Origin: Minisyncoccota bacterium
GTDB taxonomy: Bacteria; Patescibacteriota; Minisyncoccia; UBA6257; GWB1-50-10
NCBI GenBank assembly: GCA_035573955.1
Contig: DATLZO010000019.1
Location: 161 to 64,160 of the forward strand
Direction of reading: 5' to 3'
DNA: 64,000 bases
Numbering within the stretch: position 1 is the stretch's first letter; each line of letters starts with the position of its first letter. Shown here one piece after another: positions 1 through 9,397 of the stretch. The position numbers and the translations under genes were made by a program. Below the pieces are notes generated by a model, which was given only the letters and a program-made list of their open reading frames with translations, was not told the origin of the DNA and did no database searches.

Positions 1-199
1 GGCCTGTTTTTGGTTGGTGCAGTATTCTTAAATTAGTCCAAACGCATTTTAGCGAGAACCCCCCGCGAATTCAGAAACGGCTTAGGCCTTATTTTTAAAC
101 AAGAGATATAACTAGAAACACGGTCAAAAAGCGAGATTTTACGCTTGTTTTTAGCCATCCGTATGGTAAAATTAAAGAGCCCCAAGCCTGGGCTTTTTT

Positions 200-2131
200 A
201 TGTCTGACAATCGGGAAAAACCTAAAAACAACTCCTATACTGCCGAGGACATTTATGTTCTTGAAGGCCTAGAACCGGTCAGGAAACGGCCGGGGATGTA
301 TATCGGTTCCACAGGAACCGACGGTCTTCATCACCTTATTTGGGAGGTAGTTGATAACTCAATTGACGAGGTGATGGCCGGTTTTGCCAAGAGAGTGAAG
401 GTGGAGATTCTGAAAGGAAACCGGATAGCGGTTGAGGATGACGGCCGCGGCATCCCTGTTGATATTCACAAGCAAACTAAGAAATCGGCCCTCGAAACTG
501 TTTTGACCACTCTCCACGCCGGAGCGAAATTCGGCGGCGAGTCCTACAAAGTGGCTGGCGGCTTGCACGGCGTCGGAGTTTCCGTTGTTAATGCACTCTC
601 AAAATGGTTGCGTGTGGAGGTTTGCCGCGAAGGCTCGCTTTATTCCCAGGAGTACGAGTATGGCCGGCCGAAAACGAAGGTTAAGAAGGAAGGGAGTTGC
701 AAGCGGAACGGCACGAAGGTGATTTTCGACGCCGATCCGGAGATATTTCAAAAGACTGAATATGATTTCAAAAGAATAGTTGACCATCTCCGCCAGCAAG
801 CTTATCTCACCAAGGGGGTGCGAATTGAGATCGTCGACAACCGCGGTAATGAGCCAATTTATTACGGCTTTTGTTTCCAGGGAGGTTTGAACTCGTACGT
901 GAAATACCTAGCAGGCGACGCTAAACTTATTCAGAACAAGTTCTTTTATGTCCACAAGAACGCGGACGGTGTTGATGTCGAGGTCTCATTCGTCTATTCG
1001 GATGACACCGAGACAAAGGAGATGAGTTTCGCAAACAATATCTATACCGCTGACGGCGGAATGCACTTGACCGGTTTTCGTTCGGCGCTCACCAGATCAC
1101 TAAACGACTACGCTCGCAGCGGAGGTTATCTTAAGGAATCCGACGAGAATTTGACCGGCGACGACGTGCGAGAAGGTTTAATCGCCGCGATATCGGTGAA
1201 GATATTGAACAGCAAACTACAATTTGAGGGTCAGACCAAAGCCCGGCTTGGCAACCCCGAGGCGCGGACAGCGGTCGAGACGGTGGTCTCGGAAGCGCTG
1301 AAGGAATTCCTGGAACGAGAGGGGTCGGATGCCCGGCGGGTCATTGAGAAAAATCTCCTCGCCGCTAAGGCGAGGATAGCCGCGAAGGCTGCCAAGGAAA
1401 CTGTTCTCCGCAAAGGCGCTTTTGAGGGACTTACCTTGCCCGGCAAGCTCGCCGACTGCTCATCACGGCATCCGGAGGAATCTGAACTTTTTATAGTTGA
1501 AGGCGACTCGGCCGGTGGCTCGGCAAAATCTGGCCGCGATCGGCGGACACAGGCCATTCTACCGCTCCGAGGCAAGATTTTGAACGTGGAAAAGTCCCGT
1601 ATCGATAAGATGCTTTTGAATAAGGAGATCAAATCGCTCGTCATCGCTCTTGGCACTGCTATCTCCGACAATTTTAATATAAGCAAGCTCCGCTATCACA
1701 AGATAATACTAATGACCGATGCGGATGTGGACGGTGCCCATATCCGAACGCTGCTTCTCACGCTTTTCTACCGCTATTTCCCGCAGATTATCGAGTGTGG
1801 TCATCTCTATATTGCTCAGCCGCCGCTCTTTCGTCTCCAGAAGGGGAAGGACGTACGCTACGCCTATAGCGACCGGGAACGCGACGCGATAATGAAAATG
1901 ATGGGCGGCGATAACGTGGGTGTCCAACGCTATAAAGGTTTGGGCGAGATGAACCCGTCCCAACTTTGGGAGACAACGATGGACCCCTCCGTTCGTCTCC
2001 TAAAAAAAGTGGAGGTGGAAGATGCGGTTGAGGCTGATAGGCTCTTTGATATTCTGATGGGCAGCGAAGTCGAGCCGCGCAAGAACTTTATCCAAGCTCA
2101 CGCCACTTCGGTGAAGAACCTTGACGTTTGA
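200..2131 (+). CDS. gyrB: DNA gyrase subunit B
   Basis: LEGLEPVRKRPGMYIG, GGLHGVGVSVVNALS, VEGDSAGG, QRYKGLGEM motifs. Confidence 0.95.
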   Translation: MSDNREKPKNNSYTAEDIYVLEGLEPVRKRPGMYIGSTGTDGLHHLIWEVVDNSIDEVMAGFAKRVKVEILKGNRIAVEDDGRGIPVDIHKQTKKSALETVLTTLHAGAKFGGESYKVAGGLHGVGVSVVNALSKWLRVEVCREGSLYSQEYEYGRPKTKVKKEGSCKRNGTKVIFDADPEIFQKTEYDFKRIVDHLRQQAYLTKGVRIEIVDNRGNEPIYYGFCFQGGLNSYVKYLAGDAKLIQNKFFYVHKNADGVDVEVSFVYSDDTETKEMSFANNIYTADGGMHLTGFRSALTRSLNDYARSGGYLKESDENLTGDDVREGLIAAISVKILNSKLQFEGQTKARLGNPEARTAVETVVSEALKEFLEREGSDARRVIEKNLLAAKARIAAKAAKETVLRKGAFEGLTLPGKLADCSSRHPEESELFIVEGDSAGGSAKSGRDRRTQAILPLRGKILNVEKSRIDKMLLNKEIKSLVIALGTAISDNFNISKLRYHKIILMTDADVDGAHIRTLLLTLFYRYFPQIIECGHLYIAQPPLFRLQKGKDVRYAYSDRERDAIMKMMGGDNVGVQRYKGLGEMNPSQLWETTMDPSVRLLKKVEVEDAVEADRLFDILMGSEVEPRKNFIQAHATSVKNLDV

Positions 2132-2158
2132 ACCGCAAATCAAGCAGAATAAGACAAT

Positions 2159-2344
2159 ATGGTTGGTAAAATAAAGAAATTCTTTGAGGAATCAAGGCGC
2201 GAGTTCAAGCGGGTCAATTGGCCGAGTAGAGCCGAGACTGTCCGTTACACGCTTTTTGTGATAGTCTTTTCACTTGTTCTTTCCGTTTTCCTCGGGTTTC
2301 TTGATTTCGCATTTCTGAAAGCGCTTGAAGACGCAATTATTTGA
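2159..2344 (+). CDS. secE: Preprotein translocase SecE
   Basis: EFKRVNWP motif plus TM helix, upstream of nusG. Confidence 0.95.
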   Translation: MVGKIKKFFEESRREFKRVNWPSRAETVRYTLFVIVFSLVLSVFLGFLDFAFLKALEDAII

Positions 2345-2347
2345 AAC

Positions 2348-2887
2348 ATGACTGAGGCTAAGAACAGGCATTGGTACGCTATCCACACTTACGCCGGCTA
2401 CGAGGATGCTGTTTCCCGCTACCTAAAGCAGCGGATAGAGTCACTTGCAATGACAGATAAGATATTCAACGTCATTGTGCCGAAAGAGGTAAAGATAAAA
2501 GTAAAGAGCGGCAAGCGGCACAAAGTGGAGGAGAAGATTTACCCCGGTTACGTCCTGGTGGATATGGTGCTCGACAATGATTCCTGGTACGTCGTCCGCA
2601 ACACGCCGCGCGTCACCGGTTTCGTTGGCGCATCAGCTGCTAAACCCGCTCCACTCTCCAAGGAAGAGGTGGACGAGCTTATGGCCCGGATGGGCGAGGC
2701 CGAGCCTCGTTTCAAGCTTGACTTGAAAGTCGGCGAGACTGTAAAAATCATTGACGGTCCCTTTAAGGATCATGACGGGAAAATCGCCGAATTGGACGAC
2801 GAGAGGGGAAAGGTGAAGGTTCTTGTGCCGGTCTTTGGTCGCGACACAATGGTGGAGCTCGATACGCTCCAAGTTCAGAAAATATGA
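2348..2887 (+). CDS. nusG: Transcription antitermination factor NusG
   Basis: [28 protein letters not shown] domain. Confidence 0.97.
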   Translation: MTEAKNRHWYAIHTYAGYEDAVSRYLKQRIESLAMTDKIFNVIVPKEVKIKVKSGKRHKVEEKIYPGYVLVDMVLDNDSWYVVRNTPRVTGFVGASAAKPAPLSKEEVDELMARMGEAEPRFKLDLKVGETVKIIDGPFKDHDGKIAELDDERGKVKVLVPVFGRDTMVELDTLQVQKI

Positions 2888-2891
2888 AACA

Positions 2892-3314
2892 ATGGCTAAA
2901 CCTATAAAAACTGTTTTAAAGCTTCAACTGCCGGCTGGAGCGGCCAATCCTGCTCCACCCGTGGGTACCGCTTTAGGTCCCCACGGCGTGAATATCGGTC
3001 TTTTCTGCCAGCAGTTTAACGAGGCGACGAAAGCGATGGCCGGCGATATCATTCCGGCGGAGATTACGATCTATGAAGACCGGAGTTTTGATTTTAAACT
3101 GAAGACCCCTCCCGCTTCAGCTCTTTTAAAGAAAGCTGCTGGCATCGAGAAGGGATCGGCCGAACCGCACAAGACTAAAGTGGGTAAGGTGACGAAGGCA
3201 CAAATCCGCGAGATAGCTGAGAAGAAAATGGCGGACCTAAACGCAGCGACTATAGAAGCTGCCGAAAAGATAATCGAAGGAACTGCAAGGAACATGGGCA
3301 TCACCGTTGAGTGA
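2892..3314 (+). CDS. rplK: 50S ribosomal protein L11
   Basis: [19 protein letters not shown]; start moved to ATG 2892. Confidence 0.97.
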   Translation: MAKPIKTVLKLQLPAGAANPAPPVGTALGPHGVNIGLFCQQFNEATKAMAGDIIPAEITIYEDRSFDFKLKTPPASALLKKAAGIEKGSAEPHKTKVGKVTKAQIREIAEKKMADLNAATIEAAEKIIEGTARNMGITVE

Positions 3315-3339
3315 TGCCCATGTTAGTATTAAGGGGTTT

Positions 3340-4173
3340 ATGAAGCAGTATCTTGACGTACTCAGAGAAATTCTTGAGCGCGGTGTAGATAGGCCGAACC
3401 GAACCGGCATTGATTCACGGGCGATTTTTCTGAAACCGATGCGTTTCGACATGCGGGAAGGATTCCCCGCAGTGACGACGAAAAAACTTGCGTTCAATGC
3501 GGTGAAATCAGAGCTTTTATGGTTTCTCGAAGGCAGTTCGGATGACAATCGCTTGAAGGAACTTGTCGGCAGCGACAAAACCATTTGGACTGCCAATGCT
3601 CAATCCGATTATTGGAAGCCGAAAGCGAAGTTTAATGGAGACCTAGGCAGAATTTATGGCGTGCAATGGCGTTCGTGGCGCGCTCCCGACGGTAGGGAAA
3701 TAGATCAGATTGCAGAAGTTATTGAAAAAATAAAAAAGAGTCCTTATGACCGCCGCCTCATTGTTACTGCTTGGAATCCCGGCGAGCTTGATCAGATGGC
3801 TCTTCCTCCCTGTCATATGTTTTACCAGTTTTTTGTGACGCCTCAAAAAGAGCTTGACCTTGCCATGTATCAGCGAAGCTGCGATATGTTCCTCGGCGTG
3901 CCTTTCAATATCGCATCTTATGCGCTTCTCCTCCACATGGTGGCGCATGTTACGAGTCTTACGCCGCGCGAGCTTATTCTTGTTCTTGCCGACGCTCATA
4001 TTTATCACAACCATTTCAAACAAGTTAAAGAACAGCTAGAGCGTGAGCCTTTTCCTCTTCCAAAACTTTGGCTTAACCCGGAGGTGAAAGATATAGACGA
4101 GTTTGAACTGGATGATATCAAACTTGTTGATTATAAATATCATCCGCCCATAAAAGCAGAAATGGCCGTTTGA
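3340..4173 (+). CDS. thyA: Thymidylate synthase
   Basis: MKQYL start, MALPPCH, YQRSCDMFLGVPFNIASY. Confidence 0.97.
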   Translation: MKQYLDVLREILERGVDRPNRTGIDSRAIFLKPMRFDMREGFPAVTTKKLAFNAVKSELLWFLEGSSDDNRLKELVGSDKTIWTANAQSDYWKPKAKFNGDLGRIYGVQWRSWRAPDGREIDQIAEVIEKIKKSPYDRRLIVTAWNPGELDQMALPPCHMFYQFFVTPQKELDLAMYQRSCDMFLGVPFNIASYALLLHMVAHVTSLTPRELILVLADAHIYHNHFKQVKEQLEREPFPLPKLWLNPEVKDIDEFELDDIKLVDYKYHPPIKAEMAV

Positions 4174-4187
4174 AGACGGGAATAAAG

Positions 4188-4697
4188 ATGATCATTTCCA
4201 TCATCGTGGCAATGGATAAGAGAGGCGTTATCGGCAAGGATTCGAAAGGCCTGCCGTGGCATTTGCCTGCCGATCTCAAACATTTCAAGGAAGTTACCGC
4301 CGGCAAGCCGGTTATAATGGGGCGGGTGACATTCAATACTATTGGGAAACCGCTTCCCGGCAGGCGGAATATTGTTATGACGCGCGACACCGATTTTTCC
4401 GCCCAAGGCGTTGAAGTAGTGAATGGGGTAGACGAAGTGTTAGAAAAAGTGAGAGATGCGGAAGAAGTGATGGTTATCGGCGGCGGGAGCGTTTATAAAC
4501 AGTTTTTGCCGCTCGCAAACCGTGCCTACATTACCCGTGTTGAAGGGGAGTTTGAAGGAAATGTTTATTTTCCCGAAGTAAACTGGAACGAATGGACGGA
4601 GATTACTCGCGAGCACCACAAGCCGGACGAAGAGAATCCTTATCCTTATATTTTCCTCACTTATGAGAAAAAGAGCTTGAATAGTGCCTTTTCGTAA
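4188..4697 (+). CDS. folA: Dihydrofolate reductase
   Basis: LPWHLPADLKHFK, VIMGR, PLPGRRN, IGGG. Confidence 0.96.
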   Translation: MIISIIVAMDKRGVIGKDSKGLPWHLPADLKHFKEVTAGKPVIMGRVTFNTIGKPLPGRRNIVMTRDTDFSAQGVEVVNGVDEVLEKVRDAEEVMVIGGGSVYKQFLPLANRAYITRVEGEFEGNVYFPEVNWNEWTEITREHHKPDEENPYPYIFLTYEKKSLNSAFS

Positions 4698-4713
4698 CCT
4701 ATAATTCACGCCA

Positions 4714-5262
4714 ATGCTTAAACCGGACCACCATATCAGAAAATTGGCGCGGGCGGGAATGATCGACCCTTTTGAAGAGAAACTCGTCCGCGAAGGAGTG
4801 GTTTCTTACGGGCTTTCTTCTTTCGGTTATGATATTCGTCTTGCCGATGAATTTAAGGTATTCACGAATGTTTATTCAACAATCGTTGACCCCAAAAACT
4901 TTGATCCAAAGAGTTTTATTGAAGCTAAAGGGGATTATTGTCTTATCCCGCCCAATTCTTTTATTCTCTCCCGAAGTTACGAATACATTAAGATGCCGAA
5001 GAACGTCTTTGCGATTTGTCTCGGCAAGTCCACCTACGCCCGCTGCGGGTTGATTGTGAATGTGACGCCGCTCGAGCCGGGTTGGGAAGGCCATATTACG
5101 ATTGAAATTTCCAATACCACCCCTTTACCGGCTAAGGTATATGCCAATGAAGGTATTGCACAGCTTATTTTTCTGGAAGGTGAGGAACAGCCGGAGGTCA
5201 CTTACGATTCCCGAAAAGGGAAGTATCAAGGGCAGCGTGGCATTCAGCCGCCAAAAATCTAA
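4714..5262 (+). CDS. dcd: dCTP deaminase
   Basis: [27 protein letters not shown]. Confidence 0.95.
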   Translation: MLKPDHHIRKLARAGMIDPFEEKLVREGVVSYGLSSFGYDIRLADEFKVFTNVYSTIVDPKNFDPKSFIEAKGDYCLIPPNSFILSRSYEYIKMPKNVFAICLGKSTYARCGLIVNVTPLEPGWEGHITIEISNTTPLPAKVYANEGIAQLIFLEGEEQPEVTYDSRKGKYQGQRGIQPPKI

Positions 5263-5264
5263 TA

Positions 5265-5960
5265 GTGTCAAAAAAGGGAAAGCTTATCGTAATAGACGGC
5301 ATTGACGGATCAGGAAAGGCTACGCAGACGGCTCTTTTAGAAAAGCGATTGCGGAAAGAAGGCGTCAAAGTTAAGAAAATTGACTTTCCCAGATATTACG
5401 ATAATTTTTTTGGCAAACTCTTGGGGAAGTGTTTAGCCGGTGAATTCGGTGATTTTACAAAAGTGGATTCCCGGATTGCTTCCGTTTTATATGCCGCCGA
5501 TAGATTTGAATCAAGCGGCAGCATGCGAAAATGGCTTTCGGAGGGGTATGTAGTTTTGGCCGACAGATATGTAAGCGCGAATCAAATTCATCAGGGAGGG
5601 AAAATTCATTCTCCGGCCGAAAGGAAAAAGTTTTTAGATTGGCTTGATGTTATGGAGCATGGCGTGTTTGGAATTCCTCGCCCTGATTTAGTGATTTATT
5701 TGGATGTCCCCTATGAGGTAAGCCGGGAATGGCTCAAGAACAAAGTGGCTGGATGGAAAAGGAGGTATTTGAACGGTAGGAAGGATGTAGCAGAAGATAA
5801 CCTGGTTTACTTGCGTGATTCGCGAGCAAGCGCTTTGGATTTAGTGAAAAGGAACAAAAACTGGCATAAAATCACCTGCTGCAAAGGGATGATTTGCATG
5901 CTGCCGGAAGAGATTCACGAAAGAGTTTTCAAATTAGTGATGAGAAAATTGAAGGTTTAG
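5265..5960 (+). CDS. tmk: Thymidylate kinase
   Basis: IDGIDGSGKATQ P-loop, ADRY, PDLVIYLD. Confidence 0.9.
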   Translation: MSKKGKLIVIDGIDGSGKATQTALLEKRLRKEGVKVKKIDFPRYYDNFFGKLLGKCLAGEFGDFTKVDSRIASVLYAADRFESSGSMRKWLSEGYVVLADRYVSANQIHQGGKIHSPAERKKFLDWLDVMEHGVFGIPRPDLVIYLDVPYEVSREWLKNKVAGWKRRYLNGRKDVAEDNLVYLRDSRASALDLVKRNKNWHKITCCKGMICMLPEEIHERVFKLVMRKLKV

Positions 5961-6528
5961 ATTTTTTGAAAAACAGGACAGCATTTTGCTGTTCCGATCG
6001 ACCGGCGTCGGTTTGTTTGGTGTATCCCTTGAATATAAAGAGGCGGCGGCTTGAACCTCCGTACCTCAAATTCTCCCTTGAAGTGGAGATAAATTTGTGG
6101 AAGACCCAACCGACGGTTAGGTTAAAAATTTCAATGTCGCCGGGAATAAACACCTTGGTTCATCTTTTGTCTCGGCGAGGGTGATAGTTTTATCAATAGT
6201 TACGGCGGTGGGGCGTTCGGAAATACGGTAAAAATGATCTCCAAGAAAACACTATTGCCGTGCGTTTTTTAAACACACGGCGGCGACCGTTCCGGGAAGA
6301 TTCGCCTCCATTTTAAGTTTTGCGACCGACGATGACGACTTTATCCGGCTACGGGAATAAAGGGGGCAAGTCGATTGCCGTCTCGGGAGCACTGCTCGTT
6401 TGTCCGATGAAGCTGTTCACCGTCGCCGTCACGACTAGGGAAATATTGATCATAAATGATTCTTTGTGGAATGCCGTTTGGGTTATTATTCTTTTGGAGT
6501 AGGTATTCAAGTGTTGTAATATTAAATC

Positions 6529-7959
6529 ATGTATCTTCCGACGATAGGCTTGGAAATTCACGTAGAACTGAAGACGAAGACGAAAATGTTCTGCTCTTGT
6601 CCGAACGAACCGGATGAAAAACACCCCAACACGAATGTTTGTCCAATTTGCTTGGGACATCCTGGAACGCTCCCGGTTGCAAACAGAGAGGCGATAATTT
6701 CGGTCGTGAAATTCGGCCTCGCCGTCAATGGGCGCATTGCTGAACATTCGCATTTCGACAGAAAGAGTTATTTCTATCCGGATTTGCCGAAGGGATACCA
6801 AATATCTCAGTACGAACGGCCGCTTGTCGAAGGGGGAACACTCTGCGGCGTGCGTATCCGCCGGGTGCATCTTGAGGAGGATACCGGTCGTCTTCTCCAT
6901 TCTTCAACAGATTCAGGGCAAGCGAATTACTCACTTGTCGATTTTAACCGTGCAGGCGTCCCATTAATGGAACTTGTGACCGAGCCGGATATAAAGAACG
7001 CCGAGGAAGCAGTTGCATTTGCCCGCGAACTTCGCCTTATTCTACGTTATCTCGGTGTTTCGGACGCCGATATGGAAAAGGGGCATATGCGAATAGAGGC
7101 TAACGTGAGTTTGGGCAAGGGGGGAGAGCTCGGCACGAAGGTTGAAGTGAAGAATATTAATTCCTTCAAGGCGGTCCATGATGCTATTGCCTACGAAATA
7201 TCAAGGCAGGAAAAGGCACTGACGGATGGTAAGAAAATACGCCAGGAAACAAGGGGTTGGAACGAGACGGAAGGCGTGACTGAGAGTCAGCGAAGCAAGG
7301 AAGAAGCGCATGATTACCGCTATTTCCCCGAGCCGGATTTACCCCCCCTAGATTTGCGGGAATTTAACATCAAAGAACTGAAAGCAGAAATTCCAGAGTT
7401 GCCTGAGGCGAAACGACAGAGATTTATTGGTGAATACGGATTGAACAAAGAGCAGGTGGAAACACTTGTTGAAGACAAGCGTGCGGCTGATTTCTTTGAG
7501 GAGGCGATAAGCGAATTAAAAGCCAAATTACCAATTACTAATTACCAAACACTATTGAACTATTTCACAAGCGATCTCAAGGGTCTAATGAACGAACACG
7601 GCACGTCAATTGATGACTTACGCATCAAGCCGGAGCACTTGGCGCATTTGGTAGCAATGGTGGGGGGAGAAAAATTGTCCAGCCGTTTGGCTAAAGATTT
7701 GCTAGGGAAAATGTTTGAAACAGGTGAGGACCCGGAGAGTTTGATTGAGTCAGAGAAGATAACTTTCATTTCTGCAGAAGCTGAGCTCCGCGAGGTCGCG
7801 AAAGCGATAATAGATGAGAACCCGAGACCAGTTGAGGATTACCGAAAAGGGAAAACCGCGGCTCTCCAGGCCTTGGTCGGTAGGGCGATGGCTAAGACAA
7901 AGGGTCAGGCCGACCCGGAAGTGTTAGCTAAAGTTCTCAAAGAAATTCTGGAAAAGTAG
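6529..7959 (+). CDS. gatB: Asp/Glu-tRNA amidotransferase subunit B
   Basis: IGLEIHVEL, YFYPDLPKGYQISQ, DYRYFPEPDL. Confidence 0.97.
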   Translation: MYLPTIGLEIHVELKTKTKMFCSCPNEPDEKHPNTNVCPICLGHPGTLPVANREAIISVVKFGLAVNGRIAEHSHFDRKSYFYPDLPKGYQISQYERPLVEGGTLCGVRIRRVHLEEDTGRLLHSSTDSGQANYSLVDFNRAGVPLMELVTEPDIKNAEEAVAFARELRLILRYLGVSDADMEKGHMRIEANVSLGKGGELGTKVEVKNINSFKAVHDAIAYEISRQEKALTDGKKIRQETRGWNETEGVTESQRSKEEAHDYRYFPEPDLPPLDLREFNIKELKAEIPELPEAKRQRFIGEYGLNKEQVETLVEDKRAADFFEEAISELKAKLPITNYQTLLNYFTSDLKGLMNEHGTSIDDLRIKPEHLAHLVAMVGGEKLSSRLAKDLLGKMFETGEDPESLIESEKITFISAEAELREVAKAIIDENPRPVEDYRKGKTAALQALVGRAMAKTKGQADPEVLAKVLKEILEK

Positions 7960-7991
7960 ATGAAGCATACTTACGTATGCCACCATCGTTT

Positions 7992-8879
7992 TTAATCGAG
8001 AAACATCCTTATTAATTTTTCTGCTTCTCTTTCGTTTTGAACCCAGTGGATGTTGGGTTGCATTTTGAACCAGGTGATTTGGCGGCGGGCGTAGTGACGG
8101 GAATTCTTTTTGATTTCCTCTATCGCTCTCTCTAAAGTGATTTCACCGCGGAGATATGTGAGCAATTCTTTGTAGCCGATGGTATTGCGGAGTGCGTAAG
8201 CATTCTCGCCGTATTTTTTAACCAAATTTTTTACTTCGTTTACCAGTCCCATTTTAATCTGCCCGTCAATTCTTTTCCCAATCCGTTTATAAAGTTCTTT
8301 GCGTGGGATTTTGATTCCGATTTGCAGCGCATCCCAGAGCGGACTGCCCTTCAGGCGTTGTGAAGAGAAGTTGTTCCCAGTTTTTAATATCACTTCAAGC
8401 GCTCTTATCACGCGGCGCTTGTTTTGACCTGTGATCCGCGCTGCTTCGGGATCAAATTCACTGAGCTTGCGCTGAAGCTCTTCGAGCGGTGTCTTTTCCA
8501 ATTTTTCGCGCAAACCTTTATCGATTTTCACCGCCGGTATCTTCAAATTTTCCAGGATGGCCTTGGTGTAAAGACCGGTTCCGCCGACTAGGATCGGTAG
8601 ACGACCCCTTTTCAGTATCTCTCGGATCCTAGCCTCGGCCGCTTTTTTGTGTTTCAGTGCACTCCAAACTGTTTTTGGCGAGACCGTGTCAATGAGAAAT
8701 TGGGGATAACTCGCGTCTTTAGCTGTGCCGATGTCCATTCCTTTATAAATCTGGCGGGAATCGGCGGAAATTAGCTCGCCGCGGAACCTTTTGGCGAGCC
8801 GAATGGCGAGCCCGGTTTTACCCGAGGCGGTGGGGCCCACTATAGCGACAATTTTTGGTTTTTTATCTCGTTTTGACAA
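7992..8879 (-). CDS. miaA: tRNA dimethylallyltransferase
   Basis: GPTASGKT, ISADSRQIY, VGGTGLY, YARRQITW. Confidence 0.96.
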   Translation of the reverse strand: MSKRDKKPKIVAIVGPTASGKTGLAIRLAKRFRGELISADSRQIYKGMDIGTAKDASYPQFLIDTVSPKTVWSALKHKKAAEARIREILKRGRLPILVGGTGLYTKAILENLKIPAVKIDKGLREKLEKTPLEELQRKLSEFDPEAARITGQNKRRVIRALEVILKTGNNFSSQRLKGSPLWDALQIGIKIPRKELYKRIGKRIDGQIKMGLVNEVKNLVKKYGENAYALRNTIGYKELLTYLRGEITLERAIEEIKKNSRHYARRQITWFKMQPNIHWVQNEREAEKLIRMFLD

Positions 8880-8901
8880 GGGTTTGGTTAAACCATATCA
8901 T
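8873..8901 (+). promoter_or_regulatory. sigma70-like promoter of orphan gene
   Basis: TTGACA-17-TATCAT, followed by AAGGAGG and ATG 8935. Confidence 0.6.
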
Positions 8902-8934
8902 TTTAGCGTAGTTCATCACATAAGGAGGTGGGTT

Positions 8935-9354
8935 ATGACGACCCGCAGGATAAGGAAGAAGTGGCGGAAGGAGGATTGGCTCGCGATTGTCGAAGGGATG
9001 ATCGAAGCGGTGGAGCGTTTCACCGGAAAAAAGGTCTTGAACAGCCGGGCGGTCGGGAAAGTCGCCAGTAATTTCCTCCACGGCAAGGACAATCACTTCA
9101 TCATCATGCCCCTCAGTATGGAAGGTGTGCAGAACAGCAACCTTCACTTCTTTTTCGAGCGTTGGCCTTTGAAGGCGACGCTTCAAATGGATGAAGGTTC
9201 CCTGAATTCCAAGGCGCTCGCTGCGGAATTCAAGAATTGCCGTTGTTCCCATCCGGAAATCGAAGTCTGTTTTCGAGAGGCAGGTTACGAGATGATGAAA
9301 AGCGAGCTTGTGTCCAAATCGACGCGGATTCCGCCCATCGCACCAAACTCCTAG
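8935..9354 (+). CDS. Hypothetical protein (orphan cassette)
   Basis: SD AAGGAGGT, own promoter and terminator hairpin. Confidence 0.7.
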   Translation: MTTRRIRKKWRKEDWLAIVEGMIEAVERFTGKKVLNSRAVGKVASNFLHGKDNHFIIMPLSMEGVQNSNLHFFFERWPLKATLQMDEGSLNSKALAAEFKNCRCSHPEIEVCFREAGYEMMKSELVSKSTRIPPIAPNS

Positions 9355-9357
9355 CAC

Positions 9358-9397
9358 GAGGCCGAGCACCTGGAGAATGCCCGGCCTCTTCATTTTT
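9358..9397. terminator. Hairpin terminator between convergent genes
   Basis: GAGGCCGAGCA...TGCCCGGCCTC then T-rich tract. Confidence 0.6.

Noticed and set aside
8863-9393. 176-aa minus-strand ORF
   Set aside because: Shadow of the plus-strand cassette with clear expression signals
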